Below are positions 16,246-27,772 of a stretch of 64,000 nucleotides of DNA, one piece after another. The notes under the pieces were generated by a model. The model searched no databases. It was not told the DNA's origin and saw nothing but the letters and a program-made list of their open reading frames with translations. Source of the DNA: Pyrinomonadaceae bacterium. Lineage in GTDB: Bacteria > Acidobacteriota > Blastocatellia > Pyrinomonadales > Pyrinomonadaceae. How positions within the stretch are numbered: position 1 is the stretch's first letter; each line of letters starts with the position of its first letter. The stretch is from contig CAVXAC010000002.1 of assembly GCA_963759665.1 (NCBI GenBank), positions 482,995 through 546,994 on the forward strand. Direction: 5' to 3'. The translations under genes and the position numbers were made by a program.

Positions 16246-17197
16246 AACTATTTTCATGACCGGCGGCGCCGGGTTCATCGGCTCGACTCTGATCGGTCGT
16301 TTGATAGAACAAAACCGCGTAGTCGTATTCGACAACCTAAGCCGCAACGCCCTCTCCGGTCTTCCATATGCTTCACACCCTAACCTGAGAATGGTGGTCG
16401 GCGATGTTACCGACGCAGACGCGCTGCAGTCAGCGATCAGTGAGGCCGATCCGCATGTGGTGGTCCACATGGCGGCCATCGCCGGCATTGACACGGTAAT
16501 AAAGAGCCCGACCACCACCATGCGTGTGAACCTGATGGGAACGCTGAATGCGCTGGAGTCAGCACGCCAGGTGAAGCGGTTGGAGCGGTTCGTCGATTTC
16601 TCGACTAGCGAAGTCTTCGGCTCAAACGCGTTTCGCGCAGAGGAGAGTGGACTAGCTTCTATCGGCGCCGTGGGTGAAGCCCGCTGGATTTATGCGGTCA
16701 GTAAATTGACCGGCGAACACATGGCCCACGCCTATCATCGCGAGTTTGGCCTGCCTTCAGTGACCCTGCGCCCGTTTAATGTCTATGGCCCCGGTCAGGT
16801 CGGCGAAGGGGCGATTCACAGTTTTGTCGTGAAGGCTTTGAAGAATGAAGAGATCCAGATTCACGGTGACGGCACTCAGATTCGTGCCTGGTGTTACGTC
16901 GATGACATGGTGGACGGGGTGTTGCTGGCGATGGAACACCCTCGCGCGATCGGAGAATCATTGAACATTGGGAATGCACGAGCGGTGGTAACTATTTACG
17001 GTTTGGCCAACACAATTGTGCGAGTGCTCGGATCGAAATCAGCTATTCGATTTATTCCGAAAGATTATGTCGACATCGAGCTGCGGGTCCCCAACACTGA
17101 TAAGGCTAGGGATCTAATTGGTTTCGAGGCAAAGCTCGATTTGGAAGAAGGGATCAAGCGAACGGGTGAGTTCTACGCGAAGACAGCTTCGCTCTAG
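16232..17197 (+). CDS. NAD-dependent epimerase/dehydratase (SDR family)
   Basis: [12 protein letters not shown] Rossmann motif and YAVSKLTGE catalytic YxxxK. The ATG at 16232 overlaps the wzt stop. Confidence 0.85.
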   Translation: MLRDKTIFMTGGAGFIGSTLIGRLIEQNRVVVFDNLSRNALSGLPYASHPNLRMVVGDVTDADALQSAISEADPHVVVHMAAIAGIDTVIKSPTTTMRVNLMGTLNALESARQVKRLERFVDFSTSEVFGSNAFRAEESGLASIGAVGEARWIYAVSKLTGEHMAHAYHREFGLPSVTLRPFNVYGPGQVGEGAIHSFVVKALKNEEIQIHGDGTQIRAWCYVDDMVDGVLLAMEHPRAIGESLNIGNARAVVTIYGLANTIVRVLGSKSAIRFIPKDYVDIELRVPNTDKARDLIGFEAKLDLEEGIKRTGEFYAKTASL

Positions 17198-17204
17198 ACT
17201 AACC

Positions 17205-17724
17205 ATGAGACATTTCTCAACTCACGGAAGTGGCGAGGTCAACCGTGAGCATTTTCGTAAGCTTGGCGAGAACGTGATCTTTGAGGCTGGCGTGCTTGTT
17301 TTTCACGCTGACCATATCGAAGTGGGCTCCAATGTTTACGTGGGCCATTATTCGATCCTAAAGGGATACTACAAAGGTCAGATGGTCATAGGCGACGACG
17401 TGTGGATCGGTCAACAGGTGTTTCTTCATAGTGCCGGCGGACTCTTTATAGGCGACCGGGTCGGCCTTGGTCCAGGGGTCAAGATCATTACTTCCTATCA
17501 CCGTGAAGAGGGTAGGCAAAAGCCAATTCTGGACAGCGCTCTCGAATTCGCAACCGTGACTGTTGGCGCAGATTGTGACCTCGGCGCGGGTGCGGTCATC
17601 CTTCCTGGCGTGACGATTGGGAAAGGGGTCCAGATCGGAGCTGGTGCTGTAGTTACCGATGATGCCGGACTACATGGTAGCGGCTGGTGTCCCTGCTAAA
17701 GTAATTCGCGAGCGAGCTCAATGA
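17205..17724 (+). pseudogene. left-handed beta-helix (hexapeptide) acetyltransferase, 3' frameshift
   Basis: Hexapeptide repeats (IGDDVWIGQQV, IGDRVGLGPGV, VGADCDLGAGAVI, IGKGVQIGAGAVV). The conserved end PDYMVAAGVPAKVIRERAQ-stop is in the +1 frame from ~17660, and its TGA overlaps the next ATG. Confidence 0.75.
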
Positions 17725-18957
17725 GCACCACTACCACTTTGAAAATACCTTTAGCAAGGCCGTGGTTTGACGAGGCTGATGAGCAATCAGTGCTCGAAAC
17801 ATTGCGAAGTGGCTGGGTGGGTCCAGGTCCGAAGGTGGCGGCCTTCGAACGTAGCTTTGCGGACTATGTTAGCTCCCCCTACGCTGCGACGGTTTCATCC
17901 GGCACTGCAGCGTTGCACCTAGCCGTGTTGGCCGCCGGGTTTGGACCTGGCGATGAGGTGCTCGTGCCAGCCTTCACGTGGGTCTCAACGCCCAACGCCG
18001 TAGAGTATGCCGGTGCGCGTCCAGTGTTTTGCGACATCGACCCAAAGACCTTCAACATTGACATGACAGATGCGGCTCGACGTGTCACGGGGCGCACAAA
18101 GGGAATTATTCCCGTTCATCTATTCGGGTTGGCTGCTGACATGTCTTCAGTCAAAGAATTGGCACTGAGACATAACCTTTTCGTAATCGAGGACGCCGCT
18201 TGTGGACTAGGTTCTTACTACGAGAATCACCACGTAGGCACACTAGGTGAAATTGGCTGTTTTAGCTTTCACCCTCGCAAGTCGATCACGACTGGTGAAG
18301 GGGGGATGCTGACGACTAATGACAAATCCCTGGACGCAAGGTTCCGCTCGCTGCGCGACATCGGTTCGGACCGCACCAACTATTCGCCGGAACGCGCTGC
18401 CCAACAGTTGCTCCCAGACTATGACGCGCTTGGTTTTAACTTTCGTCTCACGGATTTGCAGGCTGCGTTGGGTTTGACGCAGTTAGCGAAGTTCAACGAA
18501 ATCCTTGAACAGAGACTTGAATGTGCCCGTCGGTACGAGGAGTTAATCAATCACGCTGGCTTGACTGAATGGCTGCAACCTCCGCCATTACCTCGGAGTC
18601 GGGACACGCCTACCGGGCATATCTATGTAGGCTACTCCACCAGATGACGAGCTTTCGACGCTTGAATCCTGGCATGAACGCCGCAACCGCCTAATGAAAG
18701 ATCTGTTTGAAGTCGGCGTGGCGACACGGCCTGGCACTCACGCACCTCACATGCTCAGCTACTATCGGGAGAGATCTGGAATCCGGCCTGACGACTACCC
18801 GGAGTCGTGGCGGGCTGACTGGTTAACTCTGGCACTGCCACTCTATGCAGGTCTGACGCCAGATGAGCAGGAGTACGTCATCGATCGCGTGGGTGAGATC
18901 TGGCACCAATTAACCTCGGCCAAGGTGATTCAAACTTTGCCCTATCACGCTGAATAA
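17721..18957 (+). pseudogene. DegT/DnrJ/EryC1/StrS-family sugar aminotransferase, one frameshift
   Basis: N-terminal 300 aa are typical (SSGTAALHLA, IPVHLFG, FSFHPRKSITTGEGG). The C-terminal part (WHERRNRLMKDLFEVGVATRPGTHAPH) continues in another frame from ~18630. Confidence 0.8.
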
Positions 18958-19367
18958 ACCAGTACTCAACACAAGCGCTCGAAGGTCGAACATATTTCGA
19001 CGGGTTTATGATTTGTCCGAATCGTTACCATAAACATAGTGTTAACAAGAGACGATGATTGGTCATTGGCTGAGAGTTTTATGTTAACTCGTCCCGTTAG
19101 GCTGATCATGATTACAGCGTCCGTTGCCTTTAGCGCAGGCATCGGTTTCCTGTTCCGGTGGGTGCGTTGGCTCTTCCGGCGTCCGCCGCGAGTTACGCAC
19201 GGCATTTGCCCCCTGCATTCTTTAGAGATCAGTGTTGGCGGATCGAGCCGCAGAGTCCGGGCCAAGTATGTGGTTCTCTATGCTAAACAGTCGAACTCCT
19301 ACAACTTGACCACAGAGGGAGAGTTTGACGTAGTTTTTTCGCCTAGTGACAAGGCCACGGGAGCTTA

Positions 19368-20269
19368 TTGGTGGCGATGTCTTTGCCACATACTGATAAC
19401 AACGGATATCTGGAGACGACTTTCGACCCTTCCCCCCTCTCTCTCTCTCTCTTTTTTTCTCTGCCGAACCAACATGAACGAGCAAACAGTCTTATTCTAA
19501 GACTGATTAGGTTGGTGGGAATTCGAATTGTTGCCTTTCCATATGGAGCCGACGTCGCCTACGAGATAACCTCCGGGACCGTTTTGATTGGGTGGGCGAG
19601 ATGCAGCAAGATTATCCCGATTGGGATTTAGTTGAGTGGGGAACTGCAACGCGTGCGAGTGTTAGAGTTTTTAGCAAATACGCAGATCTCGTGAATGTAA
19701 TGGATGGAACCTTTCGGAGATTCCTTTCCCGGCAGGATATTTGTTGCAAGACAATTCCGGTTGATACGCAAGTCCTTGCTCCTCCAGTAGTCGCCGCAAC
19801 CCACGCCGTGCCCGTTCTTGTCCACGCTCCAAACCACCGTAATGTTAAGGGTACCGCCTTCCTGCTGGATTCACTCGAAGATTTGCGAAAAGTCGGAATA
19901 GCATTCGATTTGCGGATGGTTGAGAACACCGATCGGTTGGAGGCAATTGAAATTTACCGTCAGGCAGACATCATTGCAGATCAATTTGTAATAGGAGCCT
20001 TTGGGGTTTTTGCGCTCGAATGCCTGGCGCTGGGTAAGCCGGTTCTCACATATTTGGATCATGAGCATTTATGCAACCCGTTGTTCAATCTGCCTATCGT
20101 CAATTCGAACAGGTTTAATCTAACCAGAGTTTTGGCGGTTTTGCTAAAGGTTCCTGAGCTTCGTACCAGATTGGGGGCAGCGGGACGCGATGCGGCTGTC
20201 AAGTATCAATCCCTGGAAGCAATTGGGGAACTGAACAAAATAGATCTACGACCACCTCTGGTGGCGTAA
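19368..20269 (+). pseudogene. GT-B fold glycosyltransferase-like gene, frameshifted (5' limit uncertain)
   Basis: C-terminal half has VLVHAPNHRNVKGT, ADIIADQFVIGAFGVFALECLALGKPVL. The upstream segment LIRLVGIRIVAFPYGADV is in another frame (shift ~19575). Further upstream frames are unclear. Confidence 0.5.
19437..19475. repeat. polypyrimidine simple-sequence tract C6-(TC)n-T7
   Basis: CCCTTCCCCCCTCTCTCTCTCTCTCTTTTTTTCTCTGCC within the degraded 5' part of the glycosyltransferase-like region. Confidence 0.9.
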
Positions 20270-20554
20270 GCCTTTATGTCTAGAAAGGACGGCGCATTTC
20301 GATTCGAGTCGTACTGCGAGATCATTCACTGAGGACCCTGGGATCGAGGAGTTTTGGCCAGTCAAGGTAAGCGACTTGATGCCGAGAATCTCAGAAGCGC
20401 TCCGCAGCCTTGAAGTCGGGTATCTGGAAACTCAATACCAGCGTCGAGAAGAATCCAACGTATCTTTGACTTCCGCCTGAAGTTGAGCTTCCACAGCGCG
20501 GCGGTTTTTTCTCCCGCTCTTCAAAACCCCGTAGTTCAGTAGAGGATCAAAACA

Positions 20555-22231
20555 ATGTCTCAAGTCAACATTGCCGTTCTGGGTAGTGGCTCGTGGGGAA
20601 AAAACCACGTGCGTGTCTGGTCTCAATTGGGCCACCTGCGAGCGGTTTGCGATGTAGATCCCCGGTCGCTCGATAAAGTACGAGGACAATACCCAGGGGT
20701 TGAAACACCTTCGGACGTTGGCGAGGTACTAAATCGTGACGACATTTCAGCAGTTGTCATTTCAACACCGGCTCCAACTCACGCCGCTCTTGCCCTTCAG
20801 GCCCTGCAAGCAGGCAAGGATGTGCTGGTTGAAAAACCGATGTCGCTAACTGTCTCGGAAGGCGAACGCCTAGTCGAGACCGCTCACCGACTGAACCGAA
20901 TTCTAATGGTAGGCCATGTGCTGGAGTACCACCCCGCTGTAAAGAAACTTGGAGAATTGATTGCCGAGGGAAAGCTCGGACGCATTCGCTACATTTATTC
21001 CAACCGGCTGAGCATGGGACGTATTCGGACCGAAGAAAATGCTCTCTGGAGCTTTGCGCCTCACGACGTCGCCATAATGCTCAGGTTAGTAGGGGGCGGT
21101 CCCGATCAGATTGCCTGTCATGGCGCAGCCTACGTCAATCATGGCGTTGCCGATGTAACGATGACCAATCTGCGTTTCCCCGGAAACGTTTTCGGCCACA
21201 TCTTTGTAAGTTGGCTGCACCCGTTTAAGGAGCACCGTTTTGTCGTCGTAGGAGACGCAAAGATGGCGGTCTTCGACGACACTCAAGGGTGGGCGGAGAA
21301 ACTAACGCTTTACCCTCACCGCGTGGATTGGTTCGGCGGTCAAGTGCCAATCGCACATAAGGCGGAGGCTGAGCTAGTGCCGCTCAGCGAGACTAAACCA
21401 CTGCGCACGGAGTGCGAAGAATTCGTTAGGTGCATCATTACCCGCCAGCAGCCATTAACCGATGGCCGGAGTGGTCTGGAAGTTCTGCGAATTCTCGCCG
21501 CTGCGCAGGATTCGTTAGAGCATGAAGGACGTGCGGTGGATTCTCCGTTGAAGTCTCAGAGCCCCGCTTTTTACGCTCACTCAAGCAGCATGGTCGAGGC
21601 CGGTGCAGATGTTGGCGATGGAAGCAGAATTTGGCACCACACACATGTTCGGGCTGGAGCCAGGATCGGGCGCAACTGCGTCCTGGGAAAGAATGTTTTC
21701 GTGGCCCCTTACGTCAACATCGGTGACGGAGTAAAGATCCAAAACAATGTCTCGGTTTACGAAGGGGTAGAGCTGGAAGACCATGTTTTTTGCGGACCGT
21801 CCATGGTATTCACAAATGTGATTAATCCGCGTAGCGAGATCGAACGAAAGCATGAGTTTCGCAAGACTCTGGTAAAGCGCGGAGCCACCTTGGGAGCAAA
21901 TTGCACGATAATTTGCGGCAACAACACCGGACGGTATGCATTAGTGGCTGCTGGGGCGGTTGTGACTAAAGAGGTCCCTGACTACGCTTTGGTAGTAGGC
22001 GTGCCAGCCCAGAGAGTTGGCTGGGTGTGCGCATGCGGTGAGAGGTTGAAGGCGACTATTGATGTGCACAGTTGCGCGGCTTGCGGCAAACTTTACCAGC
22101 AACTAGGCGAGAACGAATTGGCAGCCATGCCTGATCCTGAGCTAGTCCAGTCGCCTAAACAGCATTGGGTTCCCGTAGGGTCGCTTGCTTGTCACAGACT
22201 GCCACAGCAACCTCGAGGGCGTGGTCGGTAA
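20555..22231 (+). CDS. bifunctional Gfo/Idh/MocA oxidoreductase + LbH N-acetyltransferase (WbpB-WbpD-like fusion)
   Basis: N-terminal Rossmann [12 protein letters not shown] and EKPM motif. The C-terminal ~200 aa hold hexapeptide repeats plus a Cys4 ribbon (CACGERL...CAACGKLY). Single 558-aa frame. Confidence 0.8.
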   Translation: MSQVNIAVLGSGSWGKNHVRVWSQLGHLRAVCDVDPRSLDKVRGQYPGVETPSDVGEVLNRDDISAVVISTPAPTHAALALQALQAGKDVLVEKPMSLTVSEGERLVETAHRLNRILMVGHVLEYHPAVKKLGELIAEGKLGRIRYIYSNRLSMGRIRTEENALWSFAPHDVAIMLRLVGGGPDQIACHGAAYVNHGVADVTMTNLRFPGNVFGHIFVSWLHPFKEHRFVVVGDAKMAVFDDTQGWAEKLTLYPHRVDWFGGQVPIAHKAEAELVPLSETKPLRTECEEFVRCIITRQQPLTDGRSGLEVLRILAAAQDSLEHEGRAVDSPLKSQSPAFYAHSSSMVEAGADVGDGSRIWHHTHVRAGARIGRNCVLGKNVFVAPYVNIGDGVKIQNNVSVYEGVELEDHVFCGPSMVFTNVINPRSEIERKHEFRKTLVKRGATLGANCTIICGNNTGRYALVAAGAVVTKEVPDYALVVGVPAQRVGWVCACGERLKATIDVHSCAACGKLYQQLGENELAAMPDPELVQSPKQHWVPVGSLACHRLPQQPRGRGR

Positions 22232-22257
22232 GTAAAGATTGAGGGAGAGATCATCAA

Positions 22258-23434
22258 GTGCAAGTACCTTTATTTGACAACACCCGGCAATTCCAGGCGC
22301 TGAGAGAGAGTCTGCTCAGTTCGGTGGAAAGCGTGCTGGTTTCCGGCAAGTACATTCTTGGCCCGGATGTCGAAATCTTTGAGCGCGAGGCTGCGGAATA
22401 CCTGGGTGTGAAGCATGCCATCGGCGTCGCGAACGGCACCGATGCTTTGTGGCTAGCGCTGAAAGCTGTGGGAATTGGTCCGAACGATCGCGTGCTAACT
22501 ACGCCGTTCACGTTCTTCGCTACGGCCAGCGCGATTCTTACCACCGGCGCCAGACCGGCGATGGCTGACATTGATCCTGGGAGTTTTAATCTGAGCGCGA
22601 AGCAAGTGCGCATGGCGCTGGAAGGGAAGTCTGAAGTCAACCAACGGCTCGGCATCCGTCCGGATTCCATTAAGGCCATAATTCCTGTCCACCTGTATGG
22701 CCAGTCTGCCGATATGGACGAGTTGATGGATCTGGCAAAGGAATACCACCTCGCCGTGATCGAAGATGTGGCTCAAGCTTTCGGAGCGGAATACAAAGGG
22801 CAAAAGCTTGGGGGATTCGGAACATCGGTTGCTTCAGTTTCTTCCCCACGAAGACTCTGGGAGGTTTCAGCAACAGCGGCCTCGTGGTCACGAACAACGA
22901 CAAGCTCGCTGCCGAGATACGGATGCTACGATCCAATCGCTCCAAGCCGAAGTATTACCACCATCTCGCCAGCGATAACAGCCGGCTCGACACGATTAGA
23001 GCGACGATGTTGCCCGTCAAGCTAGGCACCTGGACAATCGATACAGGCTCGTCAGGACCATGCCATTGCCTACGATCCAGATCTAAATGAGTTGCCAGGT
23101 TTCATTTCGCCTCATCGGGCACCGATCGGACCCACACCTACCATCGATACACGGCTCGGGTTTCGACGATGAGCGCAGTGCCCTGCAAGCATTTCTTAAG
23201 GAACATAGGAATGGAACTGAGATGTATTGCCCATTGCCTATGCACCTCCAGACGGTGTTACTTCCGGAGGGTTATGGACCAGGTGACTTCCGGAACGCGG
23301 AACAAGCCTGCTCCGAGGTGCTCTCCCTTCCGATTTTTCCCGAGATGCTTGCAGCGGAAAGGGATTACGTCACTGCAAGCATCAAAGACTTCATCTTCAT
23401 GAAAGGGTTTGTCGCTGTCCCAATCCCAACGTGA
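22258..23434 (+). pseudogene. DegT-family sugar aminotransferase (WbpE-like), multiple frameshifts
   Basis: Homologous segments lie in three frames: ...GVANGTDALWLAL...IPVHLYG; GCFSFFPTKTLGG..VVTNNDKLAAEIRMLR; IQARQDHAIAYD; THTYHRYTARV; DDERSALQAFLKEH...EVLSLPIFPEM. Confidence 0.8.
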
Positions 23435-24330
23435 TGCATAGGCCGAAGAAATTATTAATCGGGATTACATCCTTCGATAGCTGAATCTTATTCGGATCCA
23501 CCATAGAAGCTGCTCAGCGTAATACCGACGCTGACTTCACGCGTATTGTGTTTCTTGATAATGTGTCAACGGATGGGTCGGCAGAACTAGCGCGTGATCA
23601 CAGCATTGAAGTGGTTACACGTAACTGTAGTCAACCACAGGCCTGAACCATGTACTGGATCTTTCCAACAGCGAATTCACGCTACTGATCCACTCTGATG
23701 TAATTCTACTGTCCCCTAGATGGCTCGAGGTTTCTGTTAACCGGTTGACCGGAAATGTCGCACTGGTTTCGCCAGAAGATATTGGCTATGGGCCCTTCAC
23801 CAGGCCTTGGGGAAACAGAAGCCTGAAAGCTGTTTCCTGCTATTCAGGACTGAGATGGCCCGGGCAGCTCGTTCCTGACACAACGTTCAGCGATTCAAAA
23901 TCCGCTCGGCCTTTTCGTGCACTTGATTTTTTTCGTGAGCACATCACGTACAATCTACCGAAGGTACTCGCGGCTCATGGTTTCACTTGGGAAATAATGG
24001 CGGCCCATACCTCATCGTACAAAGAGGAAGCGAATATCAACCGCAGTTCGACCCAACACATTCGCAGGATACCTATTCTTTTTACCACTAGGCCTCGGCA
24101 ATTTTTCAGCCTGACGGCCAGATGACCCACTATCACAACTGGTACATCGTGCAGTCGCGAGCAGTGTGAAAGTAGACGGCGATTCACAAGAGACTTTCCC
24201 TGCAAAAGACGGGCTACCCTCAGCCTTTGTCAAGGCTTATACCGAGAAATTTCTTCGGATTATCAGTCGCGGCACGTTAGTTATTCCTCCGGTCAGCCAT
24301 GAAAGACCGGAATCAGATCTCGATGACTGA
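23434..24330 (+). pseudogene. family-2 glycosyltransferase, multiple frameshifts
   Basis: Fragments MHRPKKLLIGITSFDS, TRIVFLDNVSTDGSAELA, EFTLLIHSDVILLSPRWLE and later pieces are spread over all three + frames. Confidence 0.65.
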
Positions 24331-24390
24331 TGCGCTTATTCTACTAGCACCCTGGTCGTCAGCTCGCGGCGTCTGATCATCTATATCGAA

Positions 24391-25224
24391 ATGAATTCAT
24401 CCTAGCTTTTGTCTTCGCCGGATTGTTAGCCGGAGCTCTGCTCCTGTTAGTAATCGTGCGTAAGAACAGAGCGATCTGGAGCGAATTATTCAAGCAGCGT
24501 GAACAGAGTCGATCGTTTCGCCGAGACATTGTTAGTCTCAGGAAGCGGTTAGTAATCGATCGGGTGCGCGATTCCGTGCGGCTGCCGTTGTTGATACCTT
24601 CGAATATGGTGAAGTCTACTGCTATGGAACTTCTTTCAAGGTAAACGGGACGGGTTTTATGTCGATGTTGGTGCGTTTGATGGTGTTCGATTCGGCCGTA
24701 CATATTTCTTTGAGGCAATCGGTTGGGGTGGAATTTTAGTAGAACCAGTGCCCAAATTTTATGAAAGTTGCGTAAAAGCTCGGCCTTACAGCCGAGTCAT
24801 AAATGCAGTGGCAAACGATGGCACCACCTCTGAGATGCGATTCTCAATAGTAGAAGGACCTAATGGGGTCGGTACGCTCTCGTTTGCTGGTGAGGACCAC
24901 TCTCAGCTGGAACGTGTACAGCGTGAAGCGGGAACAATTCGCACTACAACACTGCCGGCACGTTCTCTACAACGAATTCTCCGAGACGATCAAGGTCCCA
25001 TCGACTTCGTCAGCATTGATGTTGAAGGCAAGGAGATGGATGTACTTCGCGGGTTTGATCTTGCCCGGTTCCGTCCCCGCGTTGTAATTATCGAAGACAA
25101 CTCTAACGGAGCTGATAAACAGGTTGGTGAGTGGTTTTCGGCTCGCGGCTATGAAGAGCGGTTTCGTTGCGAGCACAACGTGTTTTATACCAACAAAAAC
25201 AAATTCTCAGGTTTCCATTGGTAG
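24391..25224 (+). pseudogene. FkbM-family methyltransferase, frameshifted
   Basis: FYVDVGAFDGVRFGRTYFFEAIGWGGILVEPVPKFYE and IDFVSIDVEGKEMDVL are in the 24748 frame. The preceding FEYGEVYCYGTSFKVNGTGF and the N-terminal TM segment are in other frames (shift ~24655 and upstream). Confidence 0.7.
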
Positions 25225-25248
25225 TTACGCAAGCGATAGTCAGTTTTA

Positions 25249-26579
25249 ATGGGTAAAAAGATCGTCCTCATCTGCTCCCCCTCTCACGCGCTCCGAGGCG
25301 GAGTTGAAAGTATCGTCAATGACTTAAGTGTTGAGCTTCCGAAGCGAGGTTGGGAAGCGCTTTTGGGATTAGGCAAAGGCGCCCGCTTTAACGACGTTGA
25401 CAAGTACCGCACTACATATACCGGCCTTCCCATTATTGAACTCGACGGCACTGCTGGGACGAGACAGGGGCGAGCTGATAGCCTGGATCGAGTCATTCGA
25501 AAGGTCTGTCCAGACGTAATCCTTTCCGCAAGAATCTATGATACGTACGGTGCCGTCGCTCGCCTAAGAGCCCAACATGCAAAAACTCGTCTGGCGATCA
25601 CTATTCAGGCATATGAGCCTCAATACATAGACGACGCAAGACGAAACAAAAGCGTTATTGACCTCTGTATTGCGTCTGGAAACATGATCCGCGAAGCAGT
25701 CATCCGATGCAGCGGAGTTTCACCCGAGCGGGTTGTCAGTATCCCCGGCGGCGTGATGCCCCCAGAGGCTCCTGTGAAAGCCCGAACCTTGGGAAAGTGT
25801 CTTCGGATTGGTTATGTGGGTCGGCTACAACACAGCGACAAACGGGTGCTGGACATGCTGCCGCTGGTTAGTGAACTGGAGCGCGTCGGCGTTCCGTACC
25901 ATCGAGTATCGTAGGCGAGGGTCCGGAAGAGCCTGTTCTACGAGAGAGGTTTTCTCAATCAATTATAGATGGAAGAGTTTCTATAGAGACCTGGAAATCT
26001 CGCGAAGAACTGTATACCCACATCTTTCCGAACTTGGATTGCATAGTTAGTTTCTCGCCCGCCGAAGGCGTAACTATTACGGGTCGTGAGGCAATGGTAA
26101 ATGGCGTAGTTCCCGTTACGTCACGTTTCATCGGATTGAAAGTGGAAAAGCAGTACATACATAACGTGAACTCTTTGACTTTTGCGGTTGGTGATATGGC
26201 TGATGCGGTCAGAAATATTCGCCGACTGATAGAGGAACCCGGATTGATCGAGCAGCTTTCGAGAAACGCGGCACGCTCCCAAACCGGCAAATACACGTTC
26301 GCTGGCTCAATGGATGCGTGGGCAGACTCGCTTGATCGCTGTCTTGAACAACCTCCGATAATGGAATTGCGCTCCTCAATCGACCTGCCGTCTGATGGAA
26401 GGCTGGCACGCATCGGCATACCTCCCAGGATTGCGCAAGGATTGAGAAATTTGATTGGCCGGAAGCATATTCATAGCGATCCTGGTAGCGAGTGGCCGAC
26501 GGGAAGTGGGTTAATTACTGAAGACACTCACGAACAAATCCTCCAATTTGCGCGGAATCGCGAGGCACAAGATAACTAA
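25249..26579 (+). pseudogene. GT4-type (GT-B) glycosyltransferase, one frameshift
   Basis: Frame changes at ~25905: ...ERVGVPYH | IVGEGPEEPVLRERF...FSPAEGVTITGREAMVNGVVPV (EX7E-like region). Confidence 0.75.
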
Positions 26580-26670
26580 TTTGTGCCCACCGACTTGTTG
26601 ATTTTTCAGGTGGCTAACTGAGGGTTTCTGCTGTTAGTTAGTTAGCTCGTCATCTTTAAGCTCGAAACCG

Positions 26671-27770
26671 TTGAAGTATTCGTTCAAACAAAAACTGGGC
26701 GCGCTAGTCTATGATTTTCCGCGATTCATCTGGTTCACGCGACCTGGTTCAAATGGGGCATGGCAATACATCCGTAATCGAGATGAGCGATTGATTCATG
26801 ATGGTCAGTCAAAGGGAGTTCAATGCCATTGGCAATGGACCTCAGATTTGCATCTCACGAAGGTGTTTCCGAGCCTTGGTCTTGGACTAATGAAGCGCGC
26901 CCTCCGAGATTGGCCCATCGAACTAGTGGATGAACCGGTGAGGCGAGATGACGGGTCACCTGAACTCTCCTTCGTTATCGGACATCGCGGTCAGGAACGA
27001 TTGCCTCATCTTATGGCAACGCTTCAGAGCATAGCCGCACAACGCGAGGTAGACTTTGAGTGCATCGTAGTTGAGCAATCTGTTCTCGCCCGGAGATAAA
27101 GAATCAACTACCAACATGGGTTCGCTACGTTCATACTCCGCTGCCTTACGAATCGATGCCTTATTCCCGCTCGTGGTCATTCAATGTGGGGGCTGAACAC
27201 GCACAAGGGCGCATTCTGGTTTTCCACGACAACGATATGCTGGTCCCAACAGAGTACGCGAAGGAAATACACGCGCTAATGCAACTCGGCTATGAGGTCA
27301 TGAACCTGAAGCGTTTCATTTTCTATTTGAGCAAATCGCATTGAGCAGAGATTTCGAGTGGGAAGCCTTCTCTAGCTCAACAAGCACCTGATGTTGTTGT
27401 GCAGAACCTGGAAGCTGGTGGGAGCTTTGCTATAACGGGCAAAGCTTATTTTGAGATCGGTGGTTTCGATGAATCCTTTGTCGGGTGGGGAGGGGAAGAC
27501 AATGAGTTTTGGGAGCGAGCGCAAACGCTAAAGTTATGGCCTTATGGGTACCTTCCGCTCGTGCATTTGTGGCATGAAGCGCAGCTCGGAAAATTCGACC
27601 AGCAGCGGCAAACAGCCGAACTCTTCGAACGACGGTCAGCGATCGCGGTTGAAGAGAGAATCGAAGAGTTGCGACGACGAAATTTTCCAGCTCCTTTTCC
27701 CACCGCGACAGAACCGGTGACATCCGCTCCGGCAAGTCTTCGATCTAGTCAAGCAATCCTGGCAAACTAA
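26671..27770 (+). pseudogene. GT2 / galactosyltransferase-C-like glycosyltransferase, one frameshift plus in-frame TGA
   Basis: LSFVIGHRGQERLPHL..ECIVVEQS, then a frame change at ~27085 to VRYVHTPLP..FNVGAEHAQGRILVFHDNDMLVP. TGA at 27342-27344 interrupts before GGFDESFVGWGGEDNEFWER. Confidence 0.75.
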
Positions 27771-27772
27771 AC

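Noticed and set aside
15427-16521. Long minus-strand ORFs opposite + strand genes: 15427-16521, 1142-1999, 6056-6724, 12728-13444, 39380-39955, 49005-49574, 58530-59231
   Set aside because: These are shadow ORFs antisense to well-supported + strand genes. Their translations are low-complexity and Arg/Ser/Pro-rich, with no recognisable domains.
27342-27344. Selenocysteine or programmed read-through at the in-frame TGA
   Set aside because: There is no obvious SECIS-like stem-loop immediately downstream. Glycosyltransferases are not known selenoproteins, and the surrounding genes are degraded.
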